IMG/VR virus record: IMGVR_UViG_3300021433_000016
Span: 1-29,999 of that record
Length of the DNA: 29,999 nt
Source of the DNA: a virus
Taxonomy: Duplodnaviria > Caudoviricetes
Reading direction: 5' to 3' (one strand)
The position numbers and the translations under genes are program-made. Under the pieces are notes generated by a model. That model searched no databases. It was given only the letters and a program-made list of their open reading frames with translations, and was not told the DNA's origin. Positions 16,587 to 25,368 of the stretch are shown in pieces (positions within the stretch are counted from its first letter, which is position 1; each line of letters begins with the position of its first letter).

Positions 16587-16844
16587 ATGATTCCCATGAT
16601 GCCCAACATGCCGATGTCCAATGCCTTCGCTCAAGGTATGAGGCCGCAAGCCCCGATCCAAGCACCCTATCTTGGGCCTATGCAACCTCCGCAGACGTTT
16701 GGTGGCCAGCCACCGATGGCACAGCCCGGACAGCCAATTCAGCAGCCCGTTGCACCAATTCAGGGCAGGTTTAACCCTCCGCCGCAACAGGCCGCGAATG
16801 CCTATGCGGGGATGTTTGGTCCGCGACCGCAAATGAGTTTCTAG
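16587..16844 (+). CDS. Pro/Gln/Met-rich low-complexity protein
   Basis: GGAG RBS; stop lies 1 nt before the next start. Confidence 0.55.
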   Translation: MIPMMPNMPMSNAFAQGMRPQAPIQAPYLGPMQPPQTFGGQPPMAQPGQPIQQPVAPIQGRFNPPPQQAANAYAGMFGPRPQMSF

Positions 16845-16845
16845 C

Positions 16846-17049
16846 ATGGCAAAATTAACGAGTGAAGCGCGGAACAATCTCAGTAATTCGGTATTCGCCT
16901 TACCGGGCAGAAGATTTCCGATTCCTGATCGCTCCCATGCCGCCAATGCGAAAGCTAGGGCGACACAAGGCGTCAAGGCAGGAACATTGTCACCTTCTCA
17001 GGCTGCGACCGTTCGACGCAAGGCAAACGCGAAACTTCGCAAAGGATAA
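16846..17049 (+). CDS. DUF6582-like small basic protein
   Basis: 'LTSEARNNLSNSVFALPGRRFPIPDRSHAANAKAR'. Confidence 0.7.
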   Translation: MAKLTSEARNNLSNSVFALPGRRFPIPDRSHAANAKARATQGVKAGTLSPSQAATVRRKANAKLRKG

Positions 17050-17054
17050 ACATC

Positions 17055-17507
17055 ATGGCAGTCAACCCATCCACTCCGCTCAAGAATTTCGGAACTTTCA
17101 CCGCTGCCGCAGCCGCGCAACTACTTGCCTTGTTTGGAACGTATTACTCAACGTTTGCGGCTGGCGTTGTGGCTGGCACCATTCCAGCCAACGTACTGAC
17201 TGGGGCGCTCGACGTGTTCTTGGCGTCTGCGGCTACCACGCCGGGAAATCAGACCACCCGAACTGCCGCGCAGTTGTGGGCCGACGCCGTAGCGCAGTTT
17301 GGAACATTCCTGACGGACCCGGCAATTCAAACCAATGGCCTGCAATACACGCTGTCAATAGCCCAGACGGGCGCGGGGACGTTTACTTTGGTGGGCGGGA
17401 CCGGGGTGACGATTGTAGGGACGGCAACGATTGCCCAGAACGCCATCGCGCAGTATATCGTTAATCTCACACCAAACGCGGCAACCTTTACCTACATCGG
17501 CGTATAG
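17055..17507 (+). CDS. putative virion (head decoration-like) protein
   Basis: Ala/Thr/Gly-rich; 'TRTAAQL...QTGAGTFTLVGGTGVTIVGTATIA' resembles podovirus decoration-like proteins. AAGGA RBS. Confidence 0.55.
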   Translation: MAVNPSTPLKNFGTFTAAAAAQLLALFGTYYSTFAAGVVAGTIPANVLTGALDVFLASAATTPGNQTTRTAAQLWADAVAQFGTFLTDPAIQTNGLQYTLSIAQTGAGTFTLVGGTGVTIVGTATIAQNAIAQYIVNLTPNAATFTYIGV

Positions 17508-17516
17508 GAGGCTTTT

Positions 17517-17822
17517 ATGGCAGGACTGAACATGCGGGCAGAGACGATGGCGAAGTCCAAGAAGCCGAAGAAAGAACTCGATCACATCAAAGTCGCCGAA
17601 GCCGAGAATGGCGGGACGACCGCTTACCACCATCACACTCAAGAATTCGAACACCCTCCCGAAGGCCCGCACATCTTCCCGAAGGGAGAGCCTGTGCCCG
17701 TGCAGGAGGGGCACTTGTTCCACCACCTCGCGCAGCATTTGAACATCCCACACGAAGTTATGGGCAAAGAACATGAAGGGGACGAAGGCGAGATGGAAGA
17801 GGAAGAGATGGAGAAAGAGTGA
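17517..17822 (+). CDS. His-rich protein with acidic tail
   Basis: AGGAGG RBS; numerous His and a Glu-rich C-terminus. Confidence 0.7.
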   Translation: MAGLNMRAETMAKSKKPKKELDHIKVAEAENGGTTAYHHHTQEFEHPPEGPHIFPKGEPVPVQEGHLFHHLAQHLNIPHEVMGKEHEGDEGEMEEEEMEKE

Positions 17823-18079
17823 TGGAACCTCGTGTTGCCGAGATGCTGTCGGATATGGGGGTGTCGCTGATTGACCCGGCTCCGCAATTGGCGGCGATGA
17901 TTAGCTCTCTTACGCAGTTCAAGACTTTGCTACGCTCCAATCCTCCAACGAAGAGGCGGAAGGCATACGAGGCGTTGAGTCCCCATCTTTCCTTTGAGGT
18001 CCCAGCCTACGAATTACTTTGGGAATCGACGCGAAACCGAAAGAAGAGACTAAAGCGCAAAGTGGCCCAATGTGGATGA
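17819..18079 (+). CDS. hypothetical protein
   Basis: Overlapping start and stop with both neighbours. Confidence 0.55.
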   Translation: MMEPRVAEMLSDMGVSLIDPAPQLAAMISSLTQFKTLLRSNPPTKRRKAYEALSPHLSFEVPAYELLWESTRNRKKRLKRKVAQCG

Positions 18080-18260
18080 GCGGCCCGCAAAAGACAAACT
18101 CGATCATGCCAAAGTCGATTACGAATCTCCGTCCCAACACAAAGGTGAGCGCTGTGCCCGTTGCGTGCACTTCATCTTCGGATCGCCGCCGAAATGTCAG
18201 GCCGTGAAGTCGCCGGTAGACTGGGCAGCGTGGTGCAAGTGGTATTCCGCTAGACAATGA
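18072..18260 (+). CDS. HiPIP-like (high-potential [4Fe-4S]) mini-protein without signal peptide
   Basis: Y17...C28-x2-C31-x2-F-x7-C42-x2-V-x8-W-C55-x2-Y, the short-HiPIP pattern. Confidence 0.7.
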   Translation: MDERPAKDKLDHAKVDYESPSQHKGERCARCVHFIFGSPPKCQAVKSPVDWAAWCKWYSARQ

Positions 18261-18478
18261 CTCCGTGGACTCCAGAAGATGGCCCTACCCGGCACACGAA
18301 GAAGGCCAGCACCCCTAAGAAACGCAGGCAATGGGCCGATGTTGCCAATGGAGTCCTAGCAAAGACTGGGAACGAAGGCCGTGCAGTCCGTGAGGCCAAT
18401 GCCGTAGTAGGCCGCAGGCGCAAAGGATCAAAGATCACCACCAAGACATCTGGATACAACTGGCGCGATGGCCGATGA
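18257..18478 (+). CDS. ChaB-like small basic protein
   Basis: 'KRRQWADVANGVLAKTGNEGRAVREANAVV' resembles ChaB helices. Confidence 0.55.
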   Translation: MTPWTPEDGPTRHTKKASTPKKRRQWADVANGVLAKTGNEGRAVREANAVVGRRRKGSKITTKTSGYNWRDGR

Positions 18479-20771
18479 TTACAGTCCCGACGAGCGGGAT
18501 GATGGAGAAGTTACAGAAGATGATGAACTTCTCGAAGAAATTCGCGAGAACTTTGAAACCGCCCATGAATCATTCGAGCCCACGATGGCTGAGGGCGATA
18601 AAGACATTCAGTTCGTTCTGAATGATGGCTGGCCAGAAGCGGAGAAAGCCTTACGTCGCAAATCTGGGTCAGAACGGCCAATGATTTCCTGCGATCAGCT
18701 CAACCAATACACAAATCTAGTGATCAACGAAGTCAGGCAGCATCCGCGCCAGATTAAAGTTTCTCCAGCTGGGTACGGAGCGACGGCGAAGCTCGCAGAG
18801 ATTAGAGAAAACAGATTGAGGGCGATTCAGTACCGCTCCGATGCACAAGCGGCATATCTCACGGCAATGGAGAATGCCTGCCAGAGAAGTTACGGCTATG
18901 CGAGAGTCATTCTTCGATACGTTTCCGAGTCCAGCACGGATCAAGAAATCATCATCCAGCGGATACCAAATCCGAACGCGGTATTGTTCGATCCGGCCTG
19001 CAAGGAGATTGATTGCTCTGACGCCGATTTCTGTTTTGTACTGGAAACCTTCACGAAGAAGGAGTTCAAACGTCGCTGGCCAACAGCAAAGATTACTGAC
19101 TTTGACGCGACATTCTCAACCGATTACCCGTTGTGGATCAAGGACAAGCATATCCAGGTAGCGGAATACTGGAAGGTTCACAAAACACCGGATGTCGTGT
19201 ACGTGATGGATATGGGTGAAGGTCAACAGCGCTCGGAATTAAAGTCGAAACTCGAAGAACGCGGAGGCGGGATAGACGAAACTGGCAAGTTCGTAGTGTA
19301 TCCAGCCACGGATGAGCACGAAGAACTCAAGCGCCCTCTGATCACCCAAAGAGATACGCAGATTTCCAAGATCGTGCAGTACATCACGAATGGCATAGAG
19401 ATTTTGGAGCGCAATGAGTGGATCGGGAAGTGGATTCCGATAGTTCCCTTGTTTGGGAAGGAAGTTTACAGTTCGGATGCTGGGCGGTCGCGCAAAGTCT
19501 TGATGTCTTTGATACGGAATGCCCGTGAACCGCAGATGGCTTTCAACTATTTCATGACGACGGCGCTTGAATCTGTAGGTCAGGTGCCGCGCTCAACCAA
19601 CCAGATTCTCGAAGGCAGCATAGACGGATACGAAAAGGACTGGCAGGAAGCGCACCATATTCCAAAGGCGTGGTTGACTTACAAAGCAGTACAGTTGCCG
19701 GATGGAAGTTACTCAGCCCAACCGCCAACTAAAACCCCATTTGATCCTCCCCTCCAAAACCTGATGATCGGCGTTGAATCGTTTCTTCGGGCCATTCAAT
19801 CTTCTGTGGGAATGTACAACACTTCGGTCGGAAAAACCGATGCGAATGTGCAGTCCGGCGTGGCGATCAAGCAACTTGATGCACAGTCTGATCAAGGAGC
19901 ATTCCACTTCATCGACAACTACAATCATCGCTTCCTTGGAGCTATAGGGCGAATCTGCAACGATCTCATCACGAAGGTGGACGCTGGGCCGCGAGAAGTA
20001 ATGATTCGCACGAAGGACAACAAGGATAAGCTGGTTTGGGTCAACAAGCCGTATGTTGATGATGATGGCACCCAGCAGCATCACGACATGACGCTTGGCG
20101 AGTACGACATCACGATTGGCGTGGAGGCGACGGCGGATTCGCAGAGAGAAGCGGCGAGTGATTTTCTTGAGACGTTTATCTCGGAAATTCCAAATATGGG
20201 CTTCGATCCTGCCACAACCAAGGCCTTACTGGCGCTGTCGATTGAACTGAAGCAACTCGGCCCCATTGCGGAACAGATGGTAAAGATTCTACAGCCGCCG
20301 CAAGGCGATCCAGCACAGATTCAGCAACAGGTACAGCAGTTGCAGGCGCAATTACAGCAACTTCAGACCGAGAATGCAGCTTTGCATGAAGATCGGGCGA
20401 AGCGAGTCCTTGAGCAGCAGACGAAATTGCAGCTTAAGCAGATGGAGATTCAATCTGACGGAGAATCGGACGCCGCCGCCCATGTGAGCGCTCAAAGACT
20501 GGCAGAATTGCAGGTTTGGGCGAAGATCATTGTTGCCGAGATGCAAAAGCAATCACGGTCAACGGATCAGATTGCGGAACAGGATGCCTCGCGGATTGAG
20601 CAAATCATTGGGCAAGCGCACGAAGTTGGATTACAGAAGGATCAGCAGGAACATGAACGGGCTCAGGCGCAGACGGCAGCCGCTAACGCTCAGTTGTCAC
20701 AGGCTTCGGATCAAGCTCAGGAACAGACTTTAGCGGCACAGAATCAGCCGCAACCAGAGGAAAACCAATGA
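18468..20771 (+). CDS. portal protein (P22-like)
   Basis: 767 aa between terL and scaffold; 'RPMISCDQLNQYTNLVINEVRQ', 'WIGKWIPIVPLFG', 'SGVAIKQL', 'GEYDITI'; Gln-rich C-terminal barrel. Confidence 0.92.
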   Translation: MADDYSPDERDDGEVTEDDELLEEIRENFETAHESFEPTMAEGDKDIQFVLNDGWPEAEKALRRKSGSERPMISCDQLNQYTNLVINEVRQHPRQIKVSPAGYGATAKLAEIRENRLRAIQYRSDAQAAYLTAMENACQRSYGYARVILRYVSESSTDQEIIIQRIPNPNAVLFDPACKEIDCSDADFCFVLETFTKKEFKRRWPTAKITDFDATFSTDYPLWIKDKHIQVAEYWKVHKTPDVVYVMDMGEGQQRSELKSKLEERGGGIDETGKFVVYPATDEHEELKRPLITQRDTQISKIVQYITNGIEILERNEWIGKWIPIVPLFGKEVYSSDAGRSRKVLMSLIRNAREPQMAFNYFMTTALESVGQVPRSTNQILEGSIDGYEKDWQEAHHIPKAWLTYKAVQLPDGSYSAQPPTKTPFDPPLQNLMIGVESFLRAIQSSVGMYNTSVGKTDANVQSGVAIKQLDAQSDQGAFHFIDNYNHRFLGAIGRICNDLITKVDAGPREVMIRTKDNKDKLVWVNKPYVDDDGTQQHHDMTLGEYDITIGVEATADSQREAASDFLETFISEIPNMGFDPATTKALLALSIELKQLGPIAEQMVKILQPPQGDPAQIQQQVQQLQAQLQQLQTENAALHEDRAKRVLEQQTKLQLKQMEIQSDGESDAAAHVSAQRLAELQVWAKIIVAEMQKQSRSTDQIAEQDASRIEQIIGQAHEVGLQKDQQEHERAQAQTAAANAQLSQASDQAQEQTLAAQNQPQPEENQ

Positions 20772-20977
20772 AGTATGCCTTTCTTTGCATGTGCTTGCTA
20801 GTGATGCTCGCGTCCTGTTCAAAGCCTCGAATGCACGGGCGTGTACTGGACGATCTGCGAGTAGATTTTGGCGAAGGAGTAAAGGGCACGTGCGTCTTTG
20901 ACAATGAGCCGCATCCTGGCGATGACGTTACTGTTAACGATGACGGCAGATGCCACGCAAGGCCGCAAGGGAAATGA
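20768..20977 (+). CDS. small lipoprotein
   Basis: MK, hydrophobic core, lipobox 'LASC'; GAGG RBS; ATGA overlap with portal. Confidence 0.6.
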   Translation: MKYAFLCMCLLVMLASCSKPRMHGRVLDDLRVDFGEGVKGTCVFDNEPHPGDDVTVNDDGRCHARPQGK

Positions 20978-21136
20978 GAGCGCGTGCGAGGACGTGAATG
21001 GCCATGTCACATTCCTTTGGACTCGGAGCCTCGGGCAGAAGGAAAAACTGTTCTCGCGACTACGTGCGCCGCTGCAACACGAACTGCCTAAATGGTCTCA
21101 CGCGCTCAATACGATTTTAGCACTGAAAGGTAAACA

Positions 21137-22240
21137 ATGATTACCGAAACACCCGCCGTAGAAGTGGCCGCCCCGGCAGCGGTCGAAGAACAGGAAGTAA
21201 GCCTTCAGGAGCGTCTAAACAACGCTACGGAAGAAGAGTACGCAGCATGGGAAAAGGGCGGGGAGTTCCCGCCTATCAAACCGAAGGAAACGCCGAAAAC
21301 GGAGACCCCGGCAGTCTCGAAAGAAGAAACGACATCTTCCGCAGCCAAGGTAGGAGAGACTACTGCCAAGGCTGAAACCGCCCCCGCCACGGAGCCGGGG
21401 AAACCGCAGAAGAAACGAGATGTGGATGGCCGAGTCGCTCAGTTGCTTAAAGAGCGAAAAGAGGCCGAGGAGAAATGGGACGCCCGTTTCAAAGAGCTTG
21501 AATCTCGTCTTGCCAAACCCGCAGAACCTAGCGCAAAGCCCGAGTCGTCCTCGGCAGCGGAAACTAAGGCCACCGATCCCGAGCCGGAACTTGGTGGAAA
21601 TAATCCTAAGACTGGAAAGCCATATCAAAGCGTAGCCGAATGGCAGAAAGAGCATACGGCATGGCTCCGAGCGCAAGTCATGGCGGAAGTCGAAGGAAAA
21701 TTAACCAAGACCGAACAACAGCGCCAGCAGACGGAAGCAGAGCGGTTTCTCAATGAAGGATTGGCAACCAAGTTCGAAGTTGGACGGAAGAAATATCCCG
21801 ATTTCGACAAGGTTGTCAGCAATCCCGATCTGTATCTGCCCCGAGGTTCTGCTGCCGATGTTTTCATCAGGAATTCTGAGAATGCTGCCGAAGTAGCGTA
21901 TTACTTAGGCCAGCATCCCGAAATTCTTGAGGGTTTCTATCATGAACCGCAAGGAAAAGATCGAAAGAAGGGTGAATATGAAAACACCATTCATCCATCC
22001 TTGCAAATGATGGAACTCGCGAGGATCGAAGCGCGATTGACGGGAACAGTCCAAGCAACTCCACCTCCGAAACCTTCTGCCACAACGAAGCCTCTTCCTC
22101 CGCCACCTACAGTGCTCTCGGGAAAGAGTTCGCCATCGGGAGACCCTGCGGATGAAGCTGTTAAAAAACGGTCATTCTCCGACTTTGAAAAGATCGAGAA
22201 TGATCGCGAACGTAAAGCGCGTAGGGCTGGAGTTCGCTGA
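21137..22240 (+). CDS. capsid scaffolding protein
   Basis: Charged, extended protein between portal and coat; 'KYPDFDKVV', 'AEVAYYLGQHPE', 'ELARIEARL'. Confidence 0.8.
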   Translation: MITETPAVEVAAPAAVEEQEVSLQERLNNATEEEYAAWEKGGEFPPIKPKETPKTETPAVSKEETTSSAAKVGETTAKAETAPATEPGKPQKKRDVDGRVAQLLKERKEAEEKWDARFKELESRLAKPAEPSAKPESSSAAETKATDPEPELGGNNPKTGKPYQSVAEWQKEHTAWLRAQVMAEVEGKLTKTEQQRQQTEAERFLNEGLATKFEVGRKKYPDFDKVVSNPDLYLPRGSAADVFIRNSENAAEVAYYLGQHPEILEGFYHEPQGKDRKKGEYENTIHPSLQMMELARIEARLTGTVQATPPPKPSATTKPLPPPPTVLSGKSSPSGDPADEAVKKRSFSDFEKIENDRERKARRAGVR

Positions 22241-22250
22241 AGGATAAACC

Positions 22251-23501
22251 GTGGCAGGTGAAAACGTATTTCAGTTTGTAGATTGGATCGGGTTCGAGAT
22301 GCTGCGCCAACTCAAGAATAAGCTGGTTTGCGGCAAATATGCGAACCACGATTACGAGAAAGGATTCAAAGAAGACTTCGCGGTAGGCGATACCGTGCGC
22401 GTGCCTTTGCCGACTCGCTGGATTGTAACCAAAGGCATGGGTTTTCAGCCTCAGGCCATCACTGAAATGTTTGTGACCATTTCGGTGAATGAGCCGTTCA
22501 ATGTTCATTTTCAATACGATTCCGTGGAAGAAGCGCTCAAGATGGGTAAGGGGCGCGCATATTTCAAGCGGCGTTACCTCGACCCCATCGTTACTCAGTT
22601 GGCGAATTACATTGATACGCGGTTCATCAACTTTGCCACGTTGAACGCTTCGAACATTGTCGGCCAGTTGGGTGTTGATCCCAGCAGCATGACGCCGTTC
22701 ATGCAAGCAAGACAGAGACTGATTGAGCAAGGCACTGATCCTGACGCCGGAGGCCCGTGGGGAATGTTCCACCCGCCTGCGGTATCTACGTCTCTGGTGC
22801 CCGCTTACGCTTCGTATCTGAACCCCACTGGGGAAATCAGCGAACAGTATCGCGATGGGCAGATTGCCAGCCCTCATGCGAATGCGGAATGGCGTGAGTC
22901 TGTAAACCTGACCAGAATAACGGCAGGGACTCAGGCAGGAACCAATACCGTCAACGGAGCCAATCAGCAAGGGTCCCAGTTGACCATTACGGCCACTGCT
23001 GGAGACACCTACGCGGCTGGGGATATTTTCAGCATTGCTGGCGTAAACGCAGTGAACCCGCTCAACCGGAACAACATCTCCTCAACGCCGAAGCAGTTCG
23101 TTGTTTTGACGCCGATCACTTGCGTTGGCGGCGGTGTTGATGTGTTGAATATTTCGCCTCCACTCTTTCCTCCAGGATCGCAGTTCCAGAACGGTGATTC
23201 CGTGCCTTCCTCTGGCGCGGCAATGACTTCGTACCCCGGAACCACGGCTCCGAACGGGAAGACTTCCACTCAAGGCCTGCTGATCGCAAAAGACGCCTTC
23301 GCGCTTGTTGGCGTTCCTCTGGCCAATCCGAAGGCTTGCGAATGGGAGACTCGAGCGGAAGACCCAGACACCAAAATGTCCATTGCGATGTTCAAGATGA
23401 TGGACCCTCAAACTCGGTCATGGATCGTTCGGGCAGACTGTCTCATGGGTTTTGGGGCGCTTCTGCCGGACAATGCCTGCTGCCGAATTGCTTGCGCGTA
23501 A
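22251..23501 (+). CDS. major capsid protein (P22 coat gp5 family)
   Basis: 'VGDTVRVPLP', 'AGDIFSIAGVNAVNP', 'KDAFALVGVPL', 'RADCLMGFGALLP'. GTG start with AAGGA RBS. Confidence 0.92.
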   Translation: MAGENVFQFVDWIGFEMLRQLKNKLVCGKYANHDYEKGFKEDFAVGDTVRVPLPTRWIVTKGMGFQPQAITEMFVTISVNEPFNVHFQYDSVEEALKMGKGRAYFKRRYLDPIVTQLANYIDTRFINFATLNASNIVGQLGVDPSSMTPFMQARQRLIEQGTDPDAGGPWGMFHPPAVSTSLVPAYASYLNPTGEISEQYRDGQIASPHANAEWRESVNLTRITAGTQAGTNTVNGANQQGSQLTITATAGDTYAAGDIFSIAGVNAVNPLNRNNISSTPKQFVVLTPITCVGGGVDVLNISPPLFPPGSQFQNGDSVPSSGAAMTSYPGTTAPNGKTSTQGLLIAKDAFALVGVPLANPKACEWETRAEDPDTKMSIAMFKMMDPQTRSWIVRADCLMGFGALLPDNACCRIACA

Positions 23502-23516
23502 GGGAGAAAACAACCA

Positions 23517-24425
23517 ATGAAAATGCTTAAGAGAATCTTCTCAGTTGCGGTGTTTGCGGCTTTGGCTGTCTCCTCCTTCGCACAGATTCAAGGCGCGCAG
23601 ACTCTTTCCACGACAACTCTTTCAACTGCCATTCCGACCCCGTTGACGTTTGGGATTGGGGGCAGCTCGCCCTACACTTCCAATGTCTGTCTGGCTTCAC
23701 TCACGAATGTCTATGCCACGGTTTCTGTAGGCACGACCCTGTGGGTGGATACGGAAGCGATGGACGTGGTAACTAACTCGATTCCGCCTAGCGGGACGTG
23801 CATCCTCGTACAACGCGGATCACATGGAACCAAAGCGGAAGGTCATGCGTCAGGGAGAACCGTCTTTGTTGGACGCCCAAATCTCTATCAGGGCTTCGAC
23901 GTGGCCGGGACTTGCTGGGCGAATGCCACGGGGAGCGCAACGCTTCCCAGCATCCTTCCGTGGATCAATCTCACGGATGGGAATCGCTACAACTGCAAAT
24001 CTGATGGAAACTGGTACAAGTCTGGCGTAGGTTCAGCCTCTGGGGGCGAACGAAGCACGCCTGCGGCTTTCTGTACTGGGACTGTCGGTTCCGCAGCTAC
24101 CGAATACCTCAATGGCGCGGCCTGCTCTGGCGCATCCACGGCAACTTTTAGTTGGATTGCAACCAGTTCGGGAGAGTTGGCAGACTTGTATGTCAACTCT
24201 TCGGCAGCGGTCGTTGGAGGCACCAGCAAGGATGTACTTACGCTGTACGTTAATGGCAGCGCAACCGCGTTGACTTGTACCATCGCGGCGGCGGGCACGA
24301 CCTGCAGCGATACCACTCACGGGGTAGCAATCGTGGCGGGGAACGTTCTAACCTTCCAGTTCGTGACGGCTACTTCCGATACCGCAGCCAACATCTCGGC
24401 ATCGGTGGCACTGTACGGTCAGTAA
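23517..24425 (+). CDS. Ser/Thr/Gly-rich putative capsid decoration protein with Sec signal peptide
   Basis: 'MKMLKRIFSVAVFAALAVSSFA|Q'; 8 Cys; directly after the coat gene and before a terminator. Confidence 0.7.
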   Translation: MKMLKRIFSVAVFAALAVSSFAQIQGAQTLSTTTLSTAIPTPLTFGIGGSSPYTSNVCLASLTNVYATVSVGTTLWVDTEAMDVVTNSIPPSGTCILVQRGSHGTKAEGHASGRTVFVGRPNLYQGFDVAGTCWANATGSATLPSILPWINLTDGNRYNCKSDGNWYKSGVGSASGGERSTPAAFCTGTVGSAATEYLNGAACSGASTATFSWIATSSGELADLYVNSSAAVVGGTSKDVLTLYVNGSATALTCTIAAAGTTCSDTTHGVAIVAGNVLTFQFVTATSDTAANISASVALYGQ

Positions 24426-24430
24426 ATTCA

Positions 24431-24457
24431 TGGCGGGGCTTCGGCCCCGCTGTTTTT
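24431..24457 (+). terminator. Rho-independent terminator
   Basis: TGGCGGGGC-TTCG-GCCCCGCTG followed by TTTTT. Confidence 0.85.
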
Positions 24458-24467
24458 AAGGAGACCT

Positions 24468-25082
24468 ATGGCAGCACACACATTCAACGCCTCGGAAATC
24501 GAACTTCGTCGAAAGCTTTTGCGCGAAGAACTCGATGCTCTGGAGGCGGAGAAACTCAAGAACCTCGGCAGTATGCAGGTGGTGGACTATCATCATCCTG
24601 AACGAAGTCCGGGATGGCCGATTTACAGACATCAGCCATTTCCGCAAATGCTTTATCACCCCACCATGAAAGATGAGTCAATCGAACAGCGAAGGCTCGG
24701 AATCAGGCGGCGCAATGAAGCGAATCCTCATCTTGCGCCGATGGACATTCCGCCTTCGGAGCCGTTGACTATAAAAGTCGCAGATGAAGCGGCCAAGAAA
24801 CTGGCTTTGGCTGACGGGTACGTGGAGAATCCCCCAACTCGTCAACTGATCGACGCTAAATCTCCGCTGGAAGTCATTGGGAGGGCGGAAACCAATCCGC
24901 TGCTTGCAACACGCACAACTCTTTCTGTCAGCGACATCATCAAACTCAACCTCATGCCGAAAGAAGACCTGCTCAAAGAAGCGCGGGAGACTTACGGCCT
25001 AACCGTGGCAGATGAGGCATCGAAAGTTGAGATCATCACAGCCATTCAGGAAGGAGTGCTCCATGCCGCAAATGCTGCCTGA
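24468..25082 (+). CDS. hypothetical head-associated protein, possible C-terminal HeH/Rho-N-like motif
   Basis: AAGGAG RBS; 'HQPFPQMLYH'; 'LMPKEDLLKEARETYGL...SKVEIITAI'. Confidence 0.65.
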   Translation: MAAHTFNASEIELRRKLLREELDALEAEKLKNLGSMQVVDYHHPERSPGWPIYRHQPFPQMLYHPTMKDESIEQRRLGIRRRNEANPHLAPMDIPPSEPLTIKVADEAAKKLALADGYVENPPTRQLIDAKSPLEVIGRAETNPLLATRTTLSVSDIIKLNLMPKEDLLKEARETYGLTVADEASKVEIITAIQEGVLHAANAA

Positions 25083-25365
25083 TGGCGCAACAATTCTACC
25101 CACCGACATGAGCCGTATCGTCTCCGGTTTGGTGGAGTTGCGTAAAACCAAAAACGCCGGAACTTCGGTGACGGTGAGCGTAAATCTCAAGGTCCACTAC
25201 GAGTATCCCAAGCACGTCACGGTGGACGGGAAACTTTTTACCGTGAACAACGCAATCGAGGAATCGAACGTAATGGCTGGCCGTAAACCGAATCATCGGC
25301 ATCTTCCATTGCCCACGAAAGCCCGATTGGAGTTGATCGGCGCACGCCTGAAGAAGCTGGCCTAA
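25063..25365 (+). CDS. hypothetical protein
   Basis: AAGGAG RBS before ATG 25063; 'EYPKHVTVDG...VNNAIEE'. Confidence 0.6.
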   Translation: MPQMLPDGATILPTDMSRIVSGLVELRKTKNAGTSVTVSVNLKVHYEYPKHVTVDGKLFTVNNAIEESNVMAGRKPNHRHLPLPTKARLELIGARLKKLA

Positions 25366-25368
25366 GCC

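Noticed and set aside
20768-21140. Rz/Rz1 spanin pair
   Set aside because: No inner-membrane coiled-coil partner, holin or endolysin nearby; the 20898 ORF overlaps a structured leader and is probably spurious.
22161-22970. Long minus-strand ORFs opposite structural genes (also 2211-2834, 14269-14856, 15081-15635)
   Set aside because: Antisense shadows of well-supported genes, with no motifs or RBS.
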